Of a stretch of DNA of 64,000 bases, positions 43,457-53,883 are shown piece by piece (positions within the stretch are counted from its first letter, which is position 1; the number at the start of each line of letters is the position of its first letter). Made by a program: the position numbers and the translations under genes. Origin of the DNA: Burkholderiales bacterium (GTDB lineage Bacteria; Pseudomonadota; Gammaproteobacteria; Burkholderiales; Burkholderiaceae_C); contig JBBSPW010000001.1 of assembly GCA_038258365.1 (NCBI GenBank), positions 18,660-82,659 on the forward strand, read 5' to 3'. The notes below the pieces were generated by a model that saw only the letters and a list, made by a program, of their open reading frames with translations, made no database searches and was not told the origin of the DNA.

Positions 43457-44562
43457 CACGTCAACGAGGTGTCGACTTCGCGCCGAGCGAGCTGCAGATA
43501 GGCGTCGGACTGCATCTCGTGCAGACGAGACACGGTACGGGGAAATTCGTGCGCCAGCGGGCCCTCGCTGTAGAGCTCGTCGACCGGCACCGCGGTCGAG
43601 AGCATCAGCTTCACATGGCGGTCGTACAGCACATCGACCAGCCAGGTGAAACGGCGCGCTTCGCTCGCCATGTTGGGCGGCATCTGCGGCACGTTCGACA
43701 GCAGCACGGTGTGGAAGCGGGCGGCGATCTCCAGGTAATCGTTCTGCGAGCGCGGGCCGCCGCACAGGATGCGGAAGTCGAACCAAACCACGCCACCGGC
43801 ACGCCGGATGCAGCGCAGCGAGCGGTGCTCGATCTGCAACACCGTGTCTTCGTCACGCGCTTCGGCCAGGCGGTCGAAGGCCTGCTGCAGCAGCGCTTCG
43901 GCTTGCGGACCCAGCGGTGTCAGCACCATCTGCAGACTGGACAGCGTCAGGCGGCGATAGTCGGTCGCTTCGCTGTCACTGTCCACATTCACCACCTGAA
44001 GTTGCGCATTCAGCAGCGCGATGGCAGGCAGCACGCGGTCCCGGTGCAATCCGTTCGGATAGAGGTCGTCGGGCTTGAAGTTGGAGGTGGTAACGATGCT
44101 CACGCGGTTGTCAAACAAGGATTCCAGCAGCCGATACAGGATCATCGCATCGGTGACATCGGCGACATGGAACTCGTCGAAGCAGATCAGCCGGAAGCGC
44201 CGCGACATCTGCTGCCCCAGCACCGACAACGGGTTGGCGGTGCCTTTCAAATCCTGCAGCTGGCGGTGCACCTCGCGCATGAACTCGTGAAAGTGCAGCC
44301 GCGTCTTGCGTTTGAGCGGCACCGACTGAAAGAAGCAGTCCATTAAAAAGCTCTTGCCCCGCCCCACCCCGCCGTGCATGTAGACGCCGCGCGGAATGGC
44401 CGGCTTCGAGATCAGTCGACGCAACGCGCTGGAGCGCCGCTCCAGGTAGGCGATCCACTCGCCCTCACACCGCTCCAGCGCATCGACAGCCCGCAACTGC
44501 CCCGCGTCGGAGGTGTACCCGCGCTCCAAGAGCGTGGTTTCGTACAACGCACGAACCGTCAT
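43456..44562 (-). CDS. zapE: AFG1-family ATPase ZapE
   Basis: GGVGRGKS Walker A, CFDEFHV Walker B, EARRFTWLVDVLYD. Confidence 0.93.
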   Translation of the reverse strand: MTVRALYETTLLERGYTSDAGQLRAVDALERCEGEWIAYLERRSSALRRLISKPAIPRGVYMHGGVGRGKSFLMDCFFQSVPLKRKTRLHFHEFMREVHRQLQDLKGTANPLSVLGQQMSRRFRLICFDEFHVADVTDAMILYRLLESLFDNRVSIVTTSNFKPDDLYPNGLHRDRVLPAIALLNAQLQVVNVDSDSEATDYRRLTLSSLQMVLTPLGPQAEALLQQAFDRLAEARDEDTVLQIEHRSLRCIRRAGGVVWFDFRILCGGPRSQNDYLEIAARFHTVLLSNVPQMPPNMASEARRFTWLVDVLYDRHVKLMLSTAVPVDELYSEGPLAHEFPRTVSRLHEMQSDAYLQLARREVDTSLT

Positions 44563-44615
44563 GGAAACCCAGCCAAGCTGCAGCGACCGTCAGCGAGCGT
44601 AGGGGCTCAATCGCT

Positions 44616-46037
44616 TCAAAAATTCAATGTGCGCTTGTCGACTGCCAACGCCGCTTCCTTGGTCGCTTCCGACAACGATGGATGGGCATGGCAGATGCGC
44701 GCGATGTCCTCGCTGCTGGCCTTGAACTCCATCGCCACCACGGCCTCTGCGATCAACTCGCTGGCCATCGGGCCGACGATGTGCACGCCCAGGATCTCGT
44801 CGGTGGTGGCATCGGCCAGCATCTTCACCATGCCGCCGGTGTCGCCCATCGCACGCGCGCGGCCATTGGCCATGAAGGGAAAGCTGCCGGCCTTGTAGGC
44901 GCGGCCTTCTGCCTTCAGCTGCTGCTCGGTCTGCCCCACCCAAGCGATCTCGGGGTGGGTGTAGATGACCCAGGGAACGGTACTGAAGTTGACATGGCCA
45001 TGTTGCCCGGCGATGCGCTCTGCCACCGCCACACCTTCTTCTTCGGCCTTGTGCGCCAGCATCGGCCCCCGCACCACATCGCCCACCGCCCAGACATTCG
45101 GCAGGTTGGTCTTGCATTCGGCGTCCACGATCACCGCGCCACGCTCGTCCAGCTTCAGCCCCACCGCGTCAGGCTTCAACCCTTCTGTGTTAGGCACACG
45201 GCCGATCGAGACGATCAGCTTGTCGACTTTCAGCGTTTGCGCTTCACCCTTTGCATTGGCCCAAGCAACCGTCACGGTCTTGCCGTCGGCCTTGATCTCA
45301 CCGACCTTCACGCCGAGCTCGATCTTCAAACCCTGCTTGAGAAACGCCTTGTGCGCTTCCTTGGCGATCTGTTCGTCGACCGCACCCAGGAAAGTGGGCA
45401 GCGCCTCAAGCACCGTGACTTCAGCACCCAGCCGGCGCCAGACCGAGCCCATCTCCAAGCCGATCACACCCGAGCCGATCAGGCACAGCGACTTCGGCAG
45501 CACGGGAATGCGCAGCGCGCCGTCGTTGCTCAAGATCTGTGTTTCGTCGAAAGGCGCACCGGGCAATGCGCGCGGCACCGAACCGGTGGCAACGATCACA
45601 TGCTTGCCTTGCAGCGTGTCGGCTCCGACCGCTATTTCGTAGCCCCCATCAGCGGCTTTGATGAACGATCCGCGGCCATGGAAGAACGCCACCTTGTTCT
45701 TCTTGAACAGGTAGAGGATGCCTTCGTTGTTCTGTTTGACCACCGTGTCCTTGCGGGACAGCATCTTGCCGATGTCGATCTTCAGATCGGACAAACCAAT
45801 CCCGTGATCGGCAAAGTGATGGCCGGCGTTCTCGAAGTTCTCGCTCGATTGCAAAAGCGCCTTGCTCGGAATGCAGCCGACGTTGGTGCAGGTGCCGCCC
45901 GGTGCGGGGCCGCCCTTGTCGTTCTTCCACTCGTCGATGCAGGCGGTGTTGAAGCCGAGTTGGGCAGCGCGGATGGCGGCGATGTAGCCGCCGGGGCCAC
46001 CACCGATCACGACGACGTCAAAAGTCTTGTTGGGCAT
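44616..46037 (-). CDS. lpdA: Dihydrolipoamide dehydrogenase (E3)
   Basis: GGGPGGY, GGTCTNVGCIPSK disulfide motif, HAHPSLSE. Confidence 0.98.
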   Translation of the reverse strand: MPNKTFDVVVIGGGPGGYIAAIRAAQLGFNTACIDEWKNDKGGPAPGGTCTNVGCIPSKALLQSSENFENAGHHFADHGIGLSDLKIDIGKMLSRKDTVVKQNNEGILYLFKKNKVAFFHGRGSFIKAADGGYEIAVGADTLQGKHVIVATGSVPRALPGAPFDETQILSNDGALRIPVLPKSLCLIGSGVIGLEMGSVWRRLGAEVTVLEALPTFLGAVDEQIAKEAHKAFLKQGLKIELGVKVGEIKADGKTVTVAWANAKGEAQTLKVDKLIVSIGRVPNTEGLKPDAVGLKLDERGAVIVDAECKTNLPNVWAVGDVVRGPMLAHKAEEEGVAVAERIAGQHGHVNFSTVPWVIYTHPEIAWVGQTEQQLKAEGRAYKAGSFPFMANGRARAMGDTGGMVKMLADATTDEILGVHIVGPMASELIAEAVVAMEFKASSEDIARICHAHPSLSEATKEAALAVDKRTLNF

Positions 46038-46052
46038 CGGTTTCTCGACGGG

Positions 46053-47357
46053 TCAAATGTCGAACAAGAGGCGCGCCGGGTCTTCCAGTGCTTCTTTCAT
46101 CGCCACCAACCCCAGCACCGCTTCGCGGCCATCGATGATGCGGTGGTCATAGGACATCGCCAGGTAGTTCATCGGGCGGATGACGATCTGGCCGTCCTCG
46201 ACCACCGCGCGCTCCTTGGTGGCATGCACTCCCAGGATCGCCGACTGCGGCGGGTTGATGATCGGTGTCGACAGCATGCTGCCGAAGGTGCCGCCGTTGC
46301 TGATGCTGAAGGTGCCGCCGGTCAACTCGTCGATGCCCAGCTTGCCGTCACGCGCTTTCTGACCGTACTCGGCGATCTTCTTTTCGATGTCGGCGAAGCT
46401 CATCTGGTCGGCGTCGCGCAGCACCGGCACCACCAGACCGCGCGGCGATCCGACCGCGATGCCGATATCGAAATAGCCGTGGTAGACGATGTCGTTGCCG
46501 TCGACGCTGGCGTTGATCACCGGGTACTTCTTCAGCGCGGCCACCGCGGCCTTGACGAAGAAACTCATGAAGCCGAGCTTGGTGCCATGTTCCTTCTCGA
46601 AGCGCTCCTGGAACTTCTTGCGCATCTCCATCAACGGGGCCATGTTGACCTCGTTGAAGGTGGTCAGGATGGCGTTGGTGCTTTGCGACATCAAGAGCCG
46701 CTCGGCGATGCGGGCGCGCAAGCGCGACATCGGCACCCGTTGCTCGGGGCGGTCGGCCAAGTTCTGTTCGGCCCCAGGTGCCGACACCGACGGCAGTGCA
46801 GCGCGAGGCGCTGGTGCGCCACTGCCGGATGTGGCCGGCCTGGATGCTGATTTGGCACCAGAGGTCACCGCGCTCAGCACATCGCCCTTGGTGATTCGGC
46901 CGTCTCGGCCACTGCCCGCAACCGAGCCCGCAGCCACCTTGTTGTCGGCCATCAGCTTGGCTGCCGCCGGCATCGCGACATCGGACTTCGTTCCACTTCC
47001 AGCAGCGGGTGCTGCAGCCGGCGCGGGCGCGGGCGCGGGTGACGAAGCAGCAGGCGCCGGCGCCGGCGCAGTGGCGCCCGGCGCTGCCTCGGCCGGCGTA
47101 GCGGCCGGCCCCTTGCCATCGGTGTCGATGCGTGCGATGACCTGCTCGGCTGCCACCGTGGCCCCATCGCCTTCGACGATCTCGGTCAACACGCCAGCCG
47201 AAGGCGCCGGCACTTCCAGCACCACCTTGTCGGTCTCGATCTCGATCAGGATCTCGTCGATGGCGATCATCTCGCCGGGCTTCTTCTTCCACTGCAGCAA
47301 TGTGGCCTCGGCCACGGACTCGGACAGCTGCGGCACCTTCACTTCAACGATTGGCAT
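46053..47357 (-). CDS. sucB: 2-oxoglutarate dehydrogenase E2
   Basis: Lipoyl IETDKV, Ala/Pro linker, [19 protein letters not shown]; start taken at MPIVEV. Confidence 0.98.
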   Translation of the reverse strand: MPIVEVKVPQLSESVAEATLLQWKKKPGEMIAIDEILIEIETDKVVLEVPAPSAGVLTEIVEGDGATVAAEQVIARIDTDGKGPAATPAEAAPGATAPAPAPAASSPAPAPAPAAAPAAGSGTKSDVAMPAAAKLMADNKVAAGSVAGSGRDGRITKGDVLSAVTSGAKSASRPATSGSGAPAPRAALPSVSAPGAEQNLADRPEQRVPMSRLRARIAERLLMSQSTNAILTTFNEVNMAPLMEMRKKFQERFEKEHGTKLGFMSFFVKAAVAALKKYPVINASVDGNDIVYHGYFDIGIAVGSPRGLVVPVLRDADQMSFADIEKKIAEYGQKARDGKLGIDELTGGTFSISNGGTFGSMLSTPIINPPQSAILGVHATKERAVVEDGQIVIRPMNYLAMSYDHRIIDGREAVLGLVAMKEALEDPARLLFDI

Positions 47358-47468
47358 GTTGTTCTCTTGGGGATCGTTCTTCTTGTGGGAACGGATCGGC
47401 GCCGGCTGGCGCAAGGTTGGTCGAATGGCAACCCGCAGCGCCGAACAGCGCACCGCGCGGGGCCAAGA

Positions 47469-50327
47469 TCACTTGGTCAGCACATAGCCCTTCATCTTGC
47501 CGAAGGCCTGGTCCAGCAGCGCCTTCTGCTGTTCCTGGTGCAGATGCGAATAGCCCACCGCCGGCGATGCGGATGCGGCCCGGCCGGCATAACCCAGACG
47601 CTGGCCTTCGAGCATGTTCTCGTGGATGTAGTGCTGCACGAAGAACCACGCACCTTGGTTCTGCGGCTCGTCCTGGCACCAGACGATTTCGGTGGCATTC
47701 GGGAAGCGCTTCATCTCGGCCGCGAAGTTCTTGTGCGGGAACGGGTACAGCTGCTCGACCCGCAGGATCGCCACATCCCAGGCCTTGCGCTCGTCGCGCT
47801 TGCGAATCAGGTCGTACGCCACCTTGCCGGAGCAGGCGATCACGCGCCGCACCTTGTCGACCTCGACCTCGGTGCGCGCCGGGCCGATCACGGTGCGGAA
47901 CTCGCCCTTCGTGAACTCGGTCAATGGCGATGTCGCATCCTTGGCACGCAGCAGCGATTTTGGCGTGAAGATGATCAGCGGTTTGCGGAATTGCCGCACC
48001 ATCTGGCGCCGCAGCAGGTGGAATATCTGGCTGGCGCTGGTCGGCTGCACCACTTGCATGTTGTTGTCGGCCGCCAGCTGCATGAAGCGCTCGAGCCTTG
48101 CCGAAGAATGCTCGGGGCCCTGCCCTTCGTAGCCGTGCGGCAGCATCAGGGTGAGTCCGTTGACGCGGCCCCACTTGACCTCGCCCGAAGCGATGAACTG
48201 ATCGATCACCACCTGCGCGCCGTTGACGAAGTCGCCGAACTGGGCTTCCCAGATCACCAGCGTGTTGGGCTCGGCGCTGGCATAGCCGTACTCGAAACCG
48301 AGCACGGCTTCTTCTGACAGCAGCGAGTCGATCACCACGAACGGCGCCTGCCCGTCGGCGACATTGCTGAGGGGCGTGTAGGTGCCGGTGTCCCAGCGCT
48401 CGCGGTTCTGGTCGTGCAACACCGAGTGGCGGTGCACGAAGGTGCCGCGCCCACTGTCCTCGCCCGACAGGCGCACCGCGAAACCGCTGGCCACCAGCGA
48501 TGCGTAGGCCAGCGTTTCGCCCATGCCCCAGTCGACATTGATCTCGCCGCGGCCCATTGCGGCGCGGTCGGCCATCACCTTCTCGACCAGCGGATGGACC
48601 TTGAAGTTGGCCGGAACCGTGGTCAATCGTTGCGACAAACGTTTCACCTCGGCCAGCGGCAGCGCGGTGTCGGCCGCGTCGGTCCACTTCTTGCCAAGGA
48701 ACGGCGCCCAGTCGACCGCGTACTTGCTCTTGAAGTTGGTCAGCACCGGGTCAGCGGTGTGGCGGCCCTCGTCCATCGCGGTGCGAAAGGCCTTGATCAT
48801 CTCGTCCGGCTTCTCGACGGGGATGATCCCTTGCGCCACCAGCTTCTCGCCGTAGATCTTGCGCGTGCCCGGGTGCTTGGCGATGCCCTTGTACATCAGC
48901 GGCTGTGTCAGGCTCGGGGTGTCCTGCTCGTTGTGGCCCAGCTTGCGGTAGCACACGATGTCGACCACCACGTCCTTGCCGAACTGCTGGCGGTAGTCCA
49001 TCGCCAGCTGGGTGCAGAACACCACCGCTTCGGCATCGTCGCCGTTCACATGCAGCACCGGCGCTTCGATCATCTTCACGACGTCGGTGCAATACAGCGA
49101 CGAACGCGAATCGCGGATGTCGCTGGTGGTGAAGCCGATCTGGTTGTTGATCACCAGATGCACCGTGCCGCCGGTGCCGTAACCCCGCGTCTGCGCCAGC
49201 GCCAATGTTTCCATCACCACGCCCTGGCCCGCAAAGGCTGCATCGCCATGCACCAGCACCGGCAGGACCTGCGCACCGGTCTCGTCGCCACGACGCACCA
49301 TCCGTGCCTTGACCGAGCCTTCCACCACCGGGTTGACGATCTCCAGGTGGGAAGGGTTGAAAGCCAGGCTCAGGTGCACCGGGCCGCCTTCGGTCGGGAT
49401 GTCGCTGCTGAATCCCTGGTGGTACTTGACATCGCCAGCCGGCAGGTCTTCCTTGGCGGTGTGGTCGAACTCGGCAAACAGATCCTTGGGCATCTTGCCG
49501 AGGATGTTCACAAGCACGTTCAAGCGCCCGCGGTGGGCCATGCCGATCACGATTTCCTGCACGCCCTTGGCACCGGCGCGCTGCACCAATTCGTCCAGGC
49601 TGGCGATGAAGCTCTCGCCGCCTTCGAGCGAGAAGCGCTTTTGGCCCACGTACTTGGTGTGCAGGTAGCGCTCGAGCCCTTCAGACGCGGTCAGTCGGTC
49701 CAGGATGTGCAGCTTCTGCTCGACCGTGTAGGTGGGCTTGCTGCGCAGCGACTCCAGCCGTTCCTGCCACCAGCGCTTCTCGGTGGGTTCGGTGCAATGC
49801 ATGATTTCGGCACCGACACTGCCGCAATAGGTCTCCCGCAAGGCCTGCACGATCTCGCGCAAGGTCATGTGCTCGGATTTGGTGAAGTAGGTGTTCGACG
49901 CCGAGAACGTGATGTCCATGTCGGCTTCGGACAGATCGTAGAAAGCCGGCTCTAGTTCCGGAATCCTCGGCCGCTCGGCGCGCTTCAACGGGTCCAGCTC
50001 TGCCCAGCGCGACCCCAACACGCGGTAAGCGGCGATCAGCGACTGCACATGCACCTGCTTGCGCGCCACCGCCAGATCGGTCTGGCCGGCTTTCAAGACG
50101 AAGGCGTTGGCTTTGGCGCGCTGCGCGAAGCTGGCGACCACCGGCGCATGTGCCACGTCGCGGGTTTCGGAGCCATCGCTGGCCGGTACATGCTGCAGGT
50201 TGTCGAAGTAGCTGCGCCAGTTGTCGGGCACGCTGCCGGGGTTGTCGAGATAGGCCTCGTACATCTCCTCGACATAGGGCGCGTTGCCGCCGAACAGGTA
50301 GGAGTCGGCGCGTGACTGCTGCATCAT
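47469..50327 (-). CDS. sucA: 2-oxoglutarate dehydrogenase E1
   Basis: GQKRFSLEGGE, GMAHRGRLN, HGDAAFAGQG, WEAQFGDF; start taken at MMQQSR. Confidence 0.98.
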   Translation of the reverse strand: MMQQSRADSYLFGGNAPYVEEMYEAYLDNPGSVPDNWRSYFDNLQHVPASDGSETRDVAHAPVVASFAQRAKANAFVLKAGQTDLAVARKQVHVQSLIAAYRVLGSRWAELDPLKRAERPRIPELEPAFYDLSEADMDITFSASNTYFTKSEHMTLREIVQALRETYCGSVGAEIMHCTEPTEKRWWQERLESLRSKPTYTVEQKLHILDRLTASEGLERYLHTKYVGQKRFSLEGGESFIASLDELVQRAGAKGVQEIVIGMAHRGRLNVLVNILGKMPKDLFAEFDHTAKEDLPAGDVKYHQGFSSDIPTEGGPVHLSLAFNPSHLEIVNPVVEGSVKARMVRRGDETGAQVLPVLVHGDAAFAGQGVVMETLALAQTRGYGTGGTVHLVINNQIGFTTSDIRDSRSSLYCTDVVKMIEAPVLHVNGDDAEAVVFCTQLAMDYRQQFGKDVVVDIVCYRKLGHNEQDTPSLTQPLMYKGIAKHPGTRKIYGEKLVAQGIIPVEKPDEMIKAFRTAMDEGRHTADPVLTNFKSKYAVDWAPFLGKKWTDAADTALPLAEVKRLSQRLTTVPANFKVHPLVEKVMADRAAMGRGEINVDWGMGETLAYASLVASGFAVRLSGEDSGRGTFVHRHSVLHDQNRERWDTGTYTPLSNVADGQAPFVVIDSLLSEEAVLGFEYGYASAEPNTLVIWEAQFGDFVNGAQVVIDQFIASGEVKWGRVNGLTLMLPHGYEGQGPEHSSARLERFMQLAADNNMQVVQPTSASQIFHLLRRQMVRQFRKPLIIFTPKSLLRAKDATSPLTEFTKGEFRTVIGPARTEVEVDKVRRVIACSGKVAYDLIRKRDERKAWDVAILRVEQLYPFPHKNFAAEMKRFPNATEIVWCQDEPQNQGAWFFVQHYIHENMLEGQRLGYAGRAASASPAVGYSHLHQEQQKALLDQAFGKMKGYVLTK

Positions 50328-50362
50328 GTTTTCGCTCACCTTGCCACCCCGGGTCTGCCGAG

Positions 50363-50420
50363 GCTGCAAATAGGTTGATCAACCTTCCGCGGCCCCGGCT
50401 GCACCGATTCGCGGACTGGC
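50363..50420 (-). promoter_or_regulatory. sucA RNA motif (cis-regulatory leader)
   Basis: CCGCG/CGCGG stem plus AGGTTGATCAACCT palindrome directly 5' of sucA; a sucA 5'-UTR motif is described for Burkholderiales. Confidence 0.6.
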
Positions 50421-50634
50421 GACCCGACTTGCGTTGCCGATTCTGAAGCCATGACCCGCGCACGAAACAGTGGGCAAAGCAGGCATCGGCAGCAAGGGGA
50501 CGGGAAGGAACCGAACGTCTTCAACCATCGAACTTTAGCATTCGCGCCCTATTGCCAATGGCTGGCGGTGGGTTGGAAAGCCCAAGACTGCACTAGGATC
50601 GCGCCCGTTCACCGTGCTTTGACTGGAGCCGCGC

Positions 50635-52209
50635 ATGCGCATCACCGCCCTCTTGGCCTCGGCCGCTCTGGCCTTCACGCTGGCAGCCGCTCCGCTGCAA
50701 GCGCAAACCCTGCGGTGGGCTGCGCAGAACGACATCCTGACCCTGGACCCGCATTCGCAGAACCATGCCACCACCAACGCGATCATTGCCCATGCCTATG
50801 AGGGGTTGACCCGCTACAACACCACTTACGAGGTCGAGCCGGCACTGGCCACCAAGTGGACCTATCTCAGCCCGACCCAGGTACGGTTCGACTTGCGCAA
50901 GGGCGTCAAATTCCAGGACGGGTCGCCCTTCACTGCAGATGATGTGATCTTCTCGTTCGGCCGCATCAGGCAGCCACAGGGAACGATGCAGATCTATGTG
51001 ACCGGGATTGCCGACATCAAGAAGATCGACGACCACACCATCGACCTGATGCTGTCGGCACCGAACCCGATCCTGCTTCGCAACATCATCGACTTCCGGA
51101 TCATGAGCAAGGCGTGGGCCGAGAAGAACCGCTCGACCAGCGTGCAGGACTACAAGGCCAAGGAAGAGAACTTCGCATCGCGCAACGTGCAGGGTACCGG
51201 GCCCTACCGTATTCTGTCGTGGCAACCCGAGCAGCGCATCACCATGAGCCGCAACGACGCCTGGTGGGACAAGATGCCGGGCAATGTCAAAGAGGTGGTC
51301 TACACCCCGATCAAATCCGAGTCGACCCGCGTGGCAGCCCTGCTGTCGGGTGATGTGGACCTGCTGACCGATGTGCCGACGCAAGACGTGGACCGGCTGC
51401 GCGCCGACCCGAAGTTGAAGGTCGTCGATGGCCCCGAGGTGCGCACCATCTACCTGGCGCCCGACATCGGCTCGGCCGAGCTGAAATACAGCAGCGTCAA
51501 GGGCAAGAACCCCTTTGCCGACAAGCGTGTGCGAGAAGCGCTGAGCCTGGCGATCGACCGCGAAGGCATCAAGCGCAGCATCATGCGCGGCTTGTCGATT
51601 CCGGCGGGTTCGATCGTCGCGCCGGGCGTCAACGGCAACGAAAAGGATGTGGACGCGCCGGTCAAAGCCGATGTCGAACGGGCGAAGAAGCTGCTGGCTG
51701 ACGCGGGGTACGGCAATGGATTCGAGTTCGCCTTGAACTGCCCCAACAACCGCTATGTCAACGACGAGAAGATCTGCCAGGCCGTGATCGCGATGTGGGC
51801 GCGCATCGGGCTCAAGGTCAACCTGGTGTCCGAGAACATGGCCACCTTCATCCAGAAGGTACAGAACTTCGACAGCTCGATGTACCTGCTGGGTTGGGGC
51901 GTGGCCACCTACGACGCGCAGTATGCGATTCAGTCGCTGGCCCGCACCCGCACCAGCGGTGCCGATGGCAACTACAACTTCTCGAAGATCAGCGACCCGA
52001 CGGTCGACAAGCTGACCGATGCGATGAAGACCGAGACCGATGTGGCCAAGCGCAACGCGATGATCCGCGAAGCGTTGCTGCGCATCAAGGACGAGGTGCT
52101 GCTGATCCCGCTGCACCACCAGATCCGGCCCTGGGCGATGAAGCAAAACATCAGCACAGAGCACCGCTCGGACGACCGGCCCGAAGCGCGGTTGACGACG
52201 ATTCGCTGA
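50635..52209 (+). CDS. ABC transporter peptide/nickel-family substrate-binding protein (DppA/DdpA-like), orphan
   Basis: Signal peptide; LTLDPH, FDLRKGVKFQDGSPFTADDV, GTGPY, RVREALSLAIDR; no permease adjacent. Confidence 0.92.
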   Translation: MRITALLASAALAFTLAAAPLQAQTLRWAAQNDILTLDPHSQNHATTNAIIAHAYEGLTRYNTTYEVEPALATKWTYLSPTQVRFDLRKGVKFQDGSPFTADDVIFSFGRIRQPQGTMQIYVTGIADIKKIDDHTIDLMLSAPNPILLRNIIDFRIMSKAWAEKNRSTSVQDYKAKEENFASRNVQGTGPYRILSWQPEQRITMSRNDAWWDKMPGNVKEVVYTPIKSESTRVAALLSGDVDLLTDVPTQDVDRLRADPKLKVVDGPEVRTIYLAPDIGSAELKYSSVKGKNPFADKRVREALSLAIDREGIKRSIMRGLSIPAGSIVAPGVNGNEKDVDAPVKADVERAKKLLADAGYGNGFEFALNCPNNRYVNDEKICQAVIAMWARIGLKVNLVSENMATFIQKVQNFDSSMYLLGWGVATYDAQYAIQSLARTRTSGADGNYNFSKISDPTVDKLTDAMKTETDVAKRNAMIREALLRIKDEVLLIPLHHQIRPWAMKQNISTEHRSDDRPEARLTTIR

Positions 52210-52248
52210 GCTTCGGCAGCCCCGCCGCGTGTAGCGCGCCTGACAGGG

Positions 52249-53529
52249 TCAGCCGAGCAACGAGTCGCGCACGATGCGACCCCCTTGCATCAGCAAGCGG
52301 ATACCGGTCTCAGGCTCGGCAAGCATCGACAAGTCCGCAGTCGGGTCGCCATCGACGATCAAAAGATCGGCGTAAGCACCTGCTACGAGTTGCCCCACCT
52401 GCCCTTCCAGGCGCATCAACCGCGCAGCGACGATGGTGGCACTCTGCAGCGCTTCCACCGCCGACATCACCGCCATTCGCAATGCGAACTCGCCCGACTG
52501 CCGGTCGTGCATATGGCCCAGCAGGTCGGTGCCGAACGCCACCGGCACGCCTTCGGCCCTGGCGATGCGCACGGCTTCGATGCCACGGCTTTGCACGGCG
52601 GCCAACTTGTCGAGCATCGCGGCACTCCAGCCCAGGCGCTGACCTTCGTCGGCCAGTGCGGCATAGGTCGAGAGCGTCGGCACGAGGTAGGTTCCGTGGG
52701 TCTTCATGATGCGTGCGGTGGCTTCGTCGATCAGGTTGCCATGCTCGATCGATCGCACACCGGCCTGAACCGCCCGGGTGACAGCACGCGGCGAATAGGC
52801 GTGTGCCAGTGCATACAAATTCGCGGCTTCGGCTTCTTCGACCGCGGCGCGCAACTCGTCCACCGAGAACTGCGTGCCTTCGAGCGGATCCGTCGGGCTG
52901 CTGATGCCGCCGCCGGCCATGATCTTGATGTGGTTGGCGCCATTGCGCACCTGCTCTCGGACCGCACGGCGCACTTCGCCGACGCCATCGGCCACCGCGC
53001 CGATCAACCCCAGCCCGGCGCAGCTGCAGAACATTCGCGCTCCGCTGGCACCCCTGCCTACACCCTTCGGTCGCATGTCGGCATGGCCACCGGTCTGGGT
53101 GATGGGAAAGCCTGCGATATACAGCCGAGGTCCTTCATACAAGCCCTGCGACACCGCATCCTGCAAACCGAAATCAGCACCGGCGGCATCGCGCACGGTG
53201 GTGAAGCCACGGCGCAACATGCCGCGCATGATCCGGCTGCTTTGGGCACCGACCAGCGAAGGCGGCTGCTGCGCCAGGCCGACCAGATCGTGCGATGAGG
53301 CCACCACATGCACATGGGCGTCGATCAACCCCGGCAGCACCACGCGGCCCCCGGCGTCGATGCAGTCGGCCTCATCGACCCGCAAGGACTCTTGGGTGAC
53401 GGTGACGATGCGCTCGCCTTCGATCACCAGCGTGGCGTGATCCATCAAGCTGCCGGCGGCACTGTCGAAAACCCGCGCGTTGACGATCACCTGCCGCGTA
53501 CGGCGGCCCGACGACGCGGCCGCACTCAT
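52249..53529 (-). CDS. Metal-dependent amidohydrolase (prolidase/carboxypeptidase-like subgroup)
   Basis: PGLIDAHVH, GFTTVRDA, HIKIMAGGG, AHAYS, SIEHG, GTD. Confidence 0.88.
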   Translation of the reverse strand: MSAAASSGRRTRQVIVNARVFDSAAGSLMDHATLVIEGERIVTVTQESLRVDEADCIDAGGRVVLPGLIDAHVHVVASSHDLVGLAQQPPSLVGAQSSRIMRGMLRRGFTTVRDAAGADFGLQDAVSQGLYEGPRLYIAGFPITQTGGHADMRPKGVGRGASGARMFCSCAGLGLIGAVADGVGEVRRAVREQVRNGANHIKIMAGGGISSPTDPLEGTQFSVDELRAAVEEAEAANLYALAHAYSPRAVTRAVQAGVRSIEHGNLIDEATARIMKTHGTYLVPTLSTYAALADEGQRLGWSAAMLDKLAAVQSRGIEAVRIARAEGVPVAFGTDLLGHMHDRQSGEFALRMAVMSAVEALQSATIVAARLMRLEGQVGQLVAGAYADLLIVDGDPTADLSMLAEPETGIRLLMQGGRIVRDSLLG

Positions 53530-53553
53530 CGCTGCGGCGCGGCGATCAACGGA

Positions 53554-53883
53554 TCAGCGCGCTGCGGCCGAAGCCGCTGCCGCGCCCGATGCGCCCGTGA
53601 CGGCCCCTTCGGCGGCACCCGCCGAGGCCGCGGCACCGGGCTTGTCTTCCAGCCTCGCAGGGAAGCGGCTGGATCCGCTCACACCCACGCTGACCGGGCC
53701 GTTGCCAACGCCCACACCGCCGCTGACCGACCCATCGCTGCTGGCCCCGACACCGATGCCACCCAGGCCGCCGATCGGCAACGACACGCCGACCCCGATC
53801 GAGCCACAGCCCAACAGCACGGCCGCCAGCCCGGCGGTAGCGAGCAGGCGGCGCGTGATTTGGCGGGGCCCGCGGCTGTTCAC
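53554..53883 (-). CDS. Small Gly/Val/Ser-rich predicted lipoprotein
   Basis: GTG start overlapping the upstream stop (GTGA); lipobox VLLGC; GVGV repeats; Ala-rich tail. Confidence 0.65.
   Translation of the reverse strand: MNSRGPRQITRRLLATAGLAAVLLGCGSIGVGVSLPIGGLGGIGVGASSDGSVSGGVGVGNGPVSVGVSGSSRFPARLEDKPGAAASAGAAEGAVTGASGAAAASAAAR

Noticed and set aside
44682-46850. Very long antisense ORFs (722 aa here; also 5555-7375, 15329-17071, 24615-26291, 48414-49955, 50593-52164, 58476-59984)
   Set aside because: They are shadow frames of well-recognised genes. High-GC codon bias removes stops from the antisense frame, and the translations have no recognisable motifs.
47000-47110. GCGCGG/GCGCCG short repeats in sucB
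   Set aside because: An ordinary Ala/Pro-rich linker of E2 subunits.
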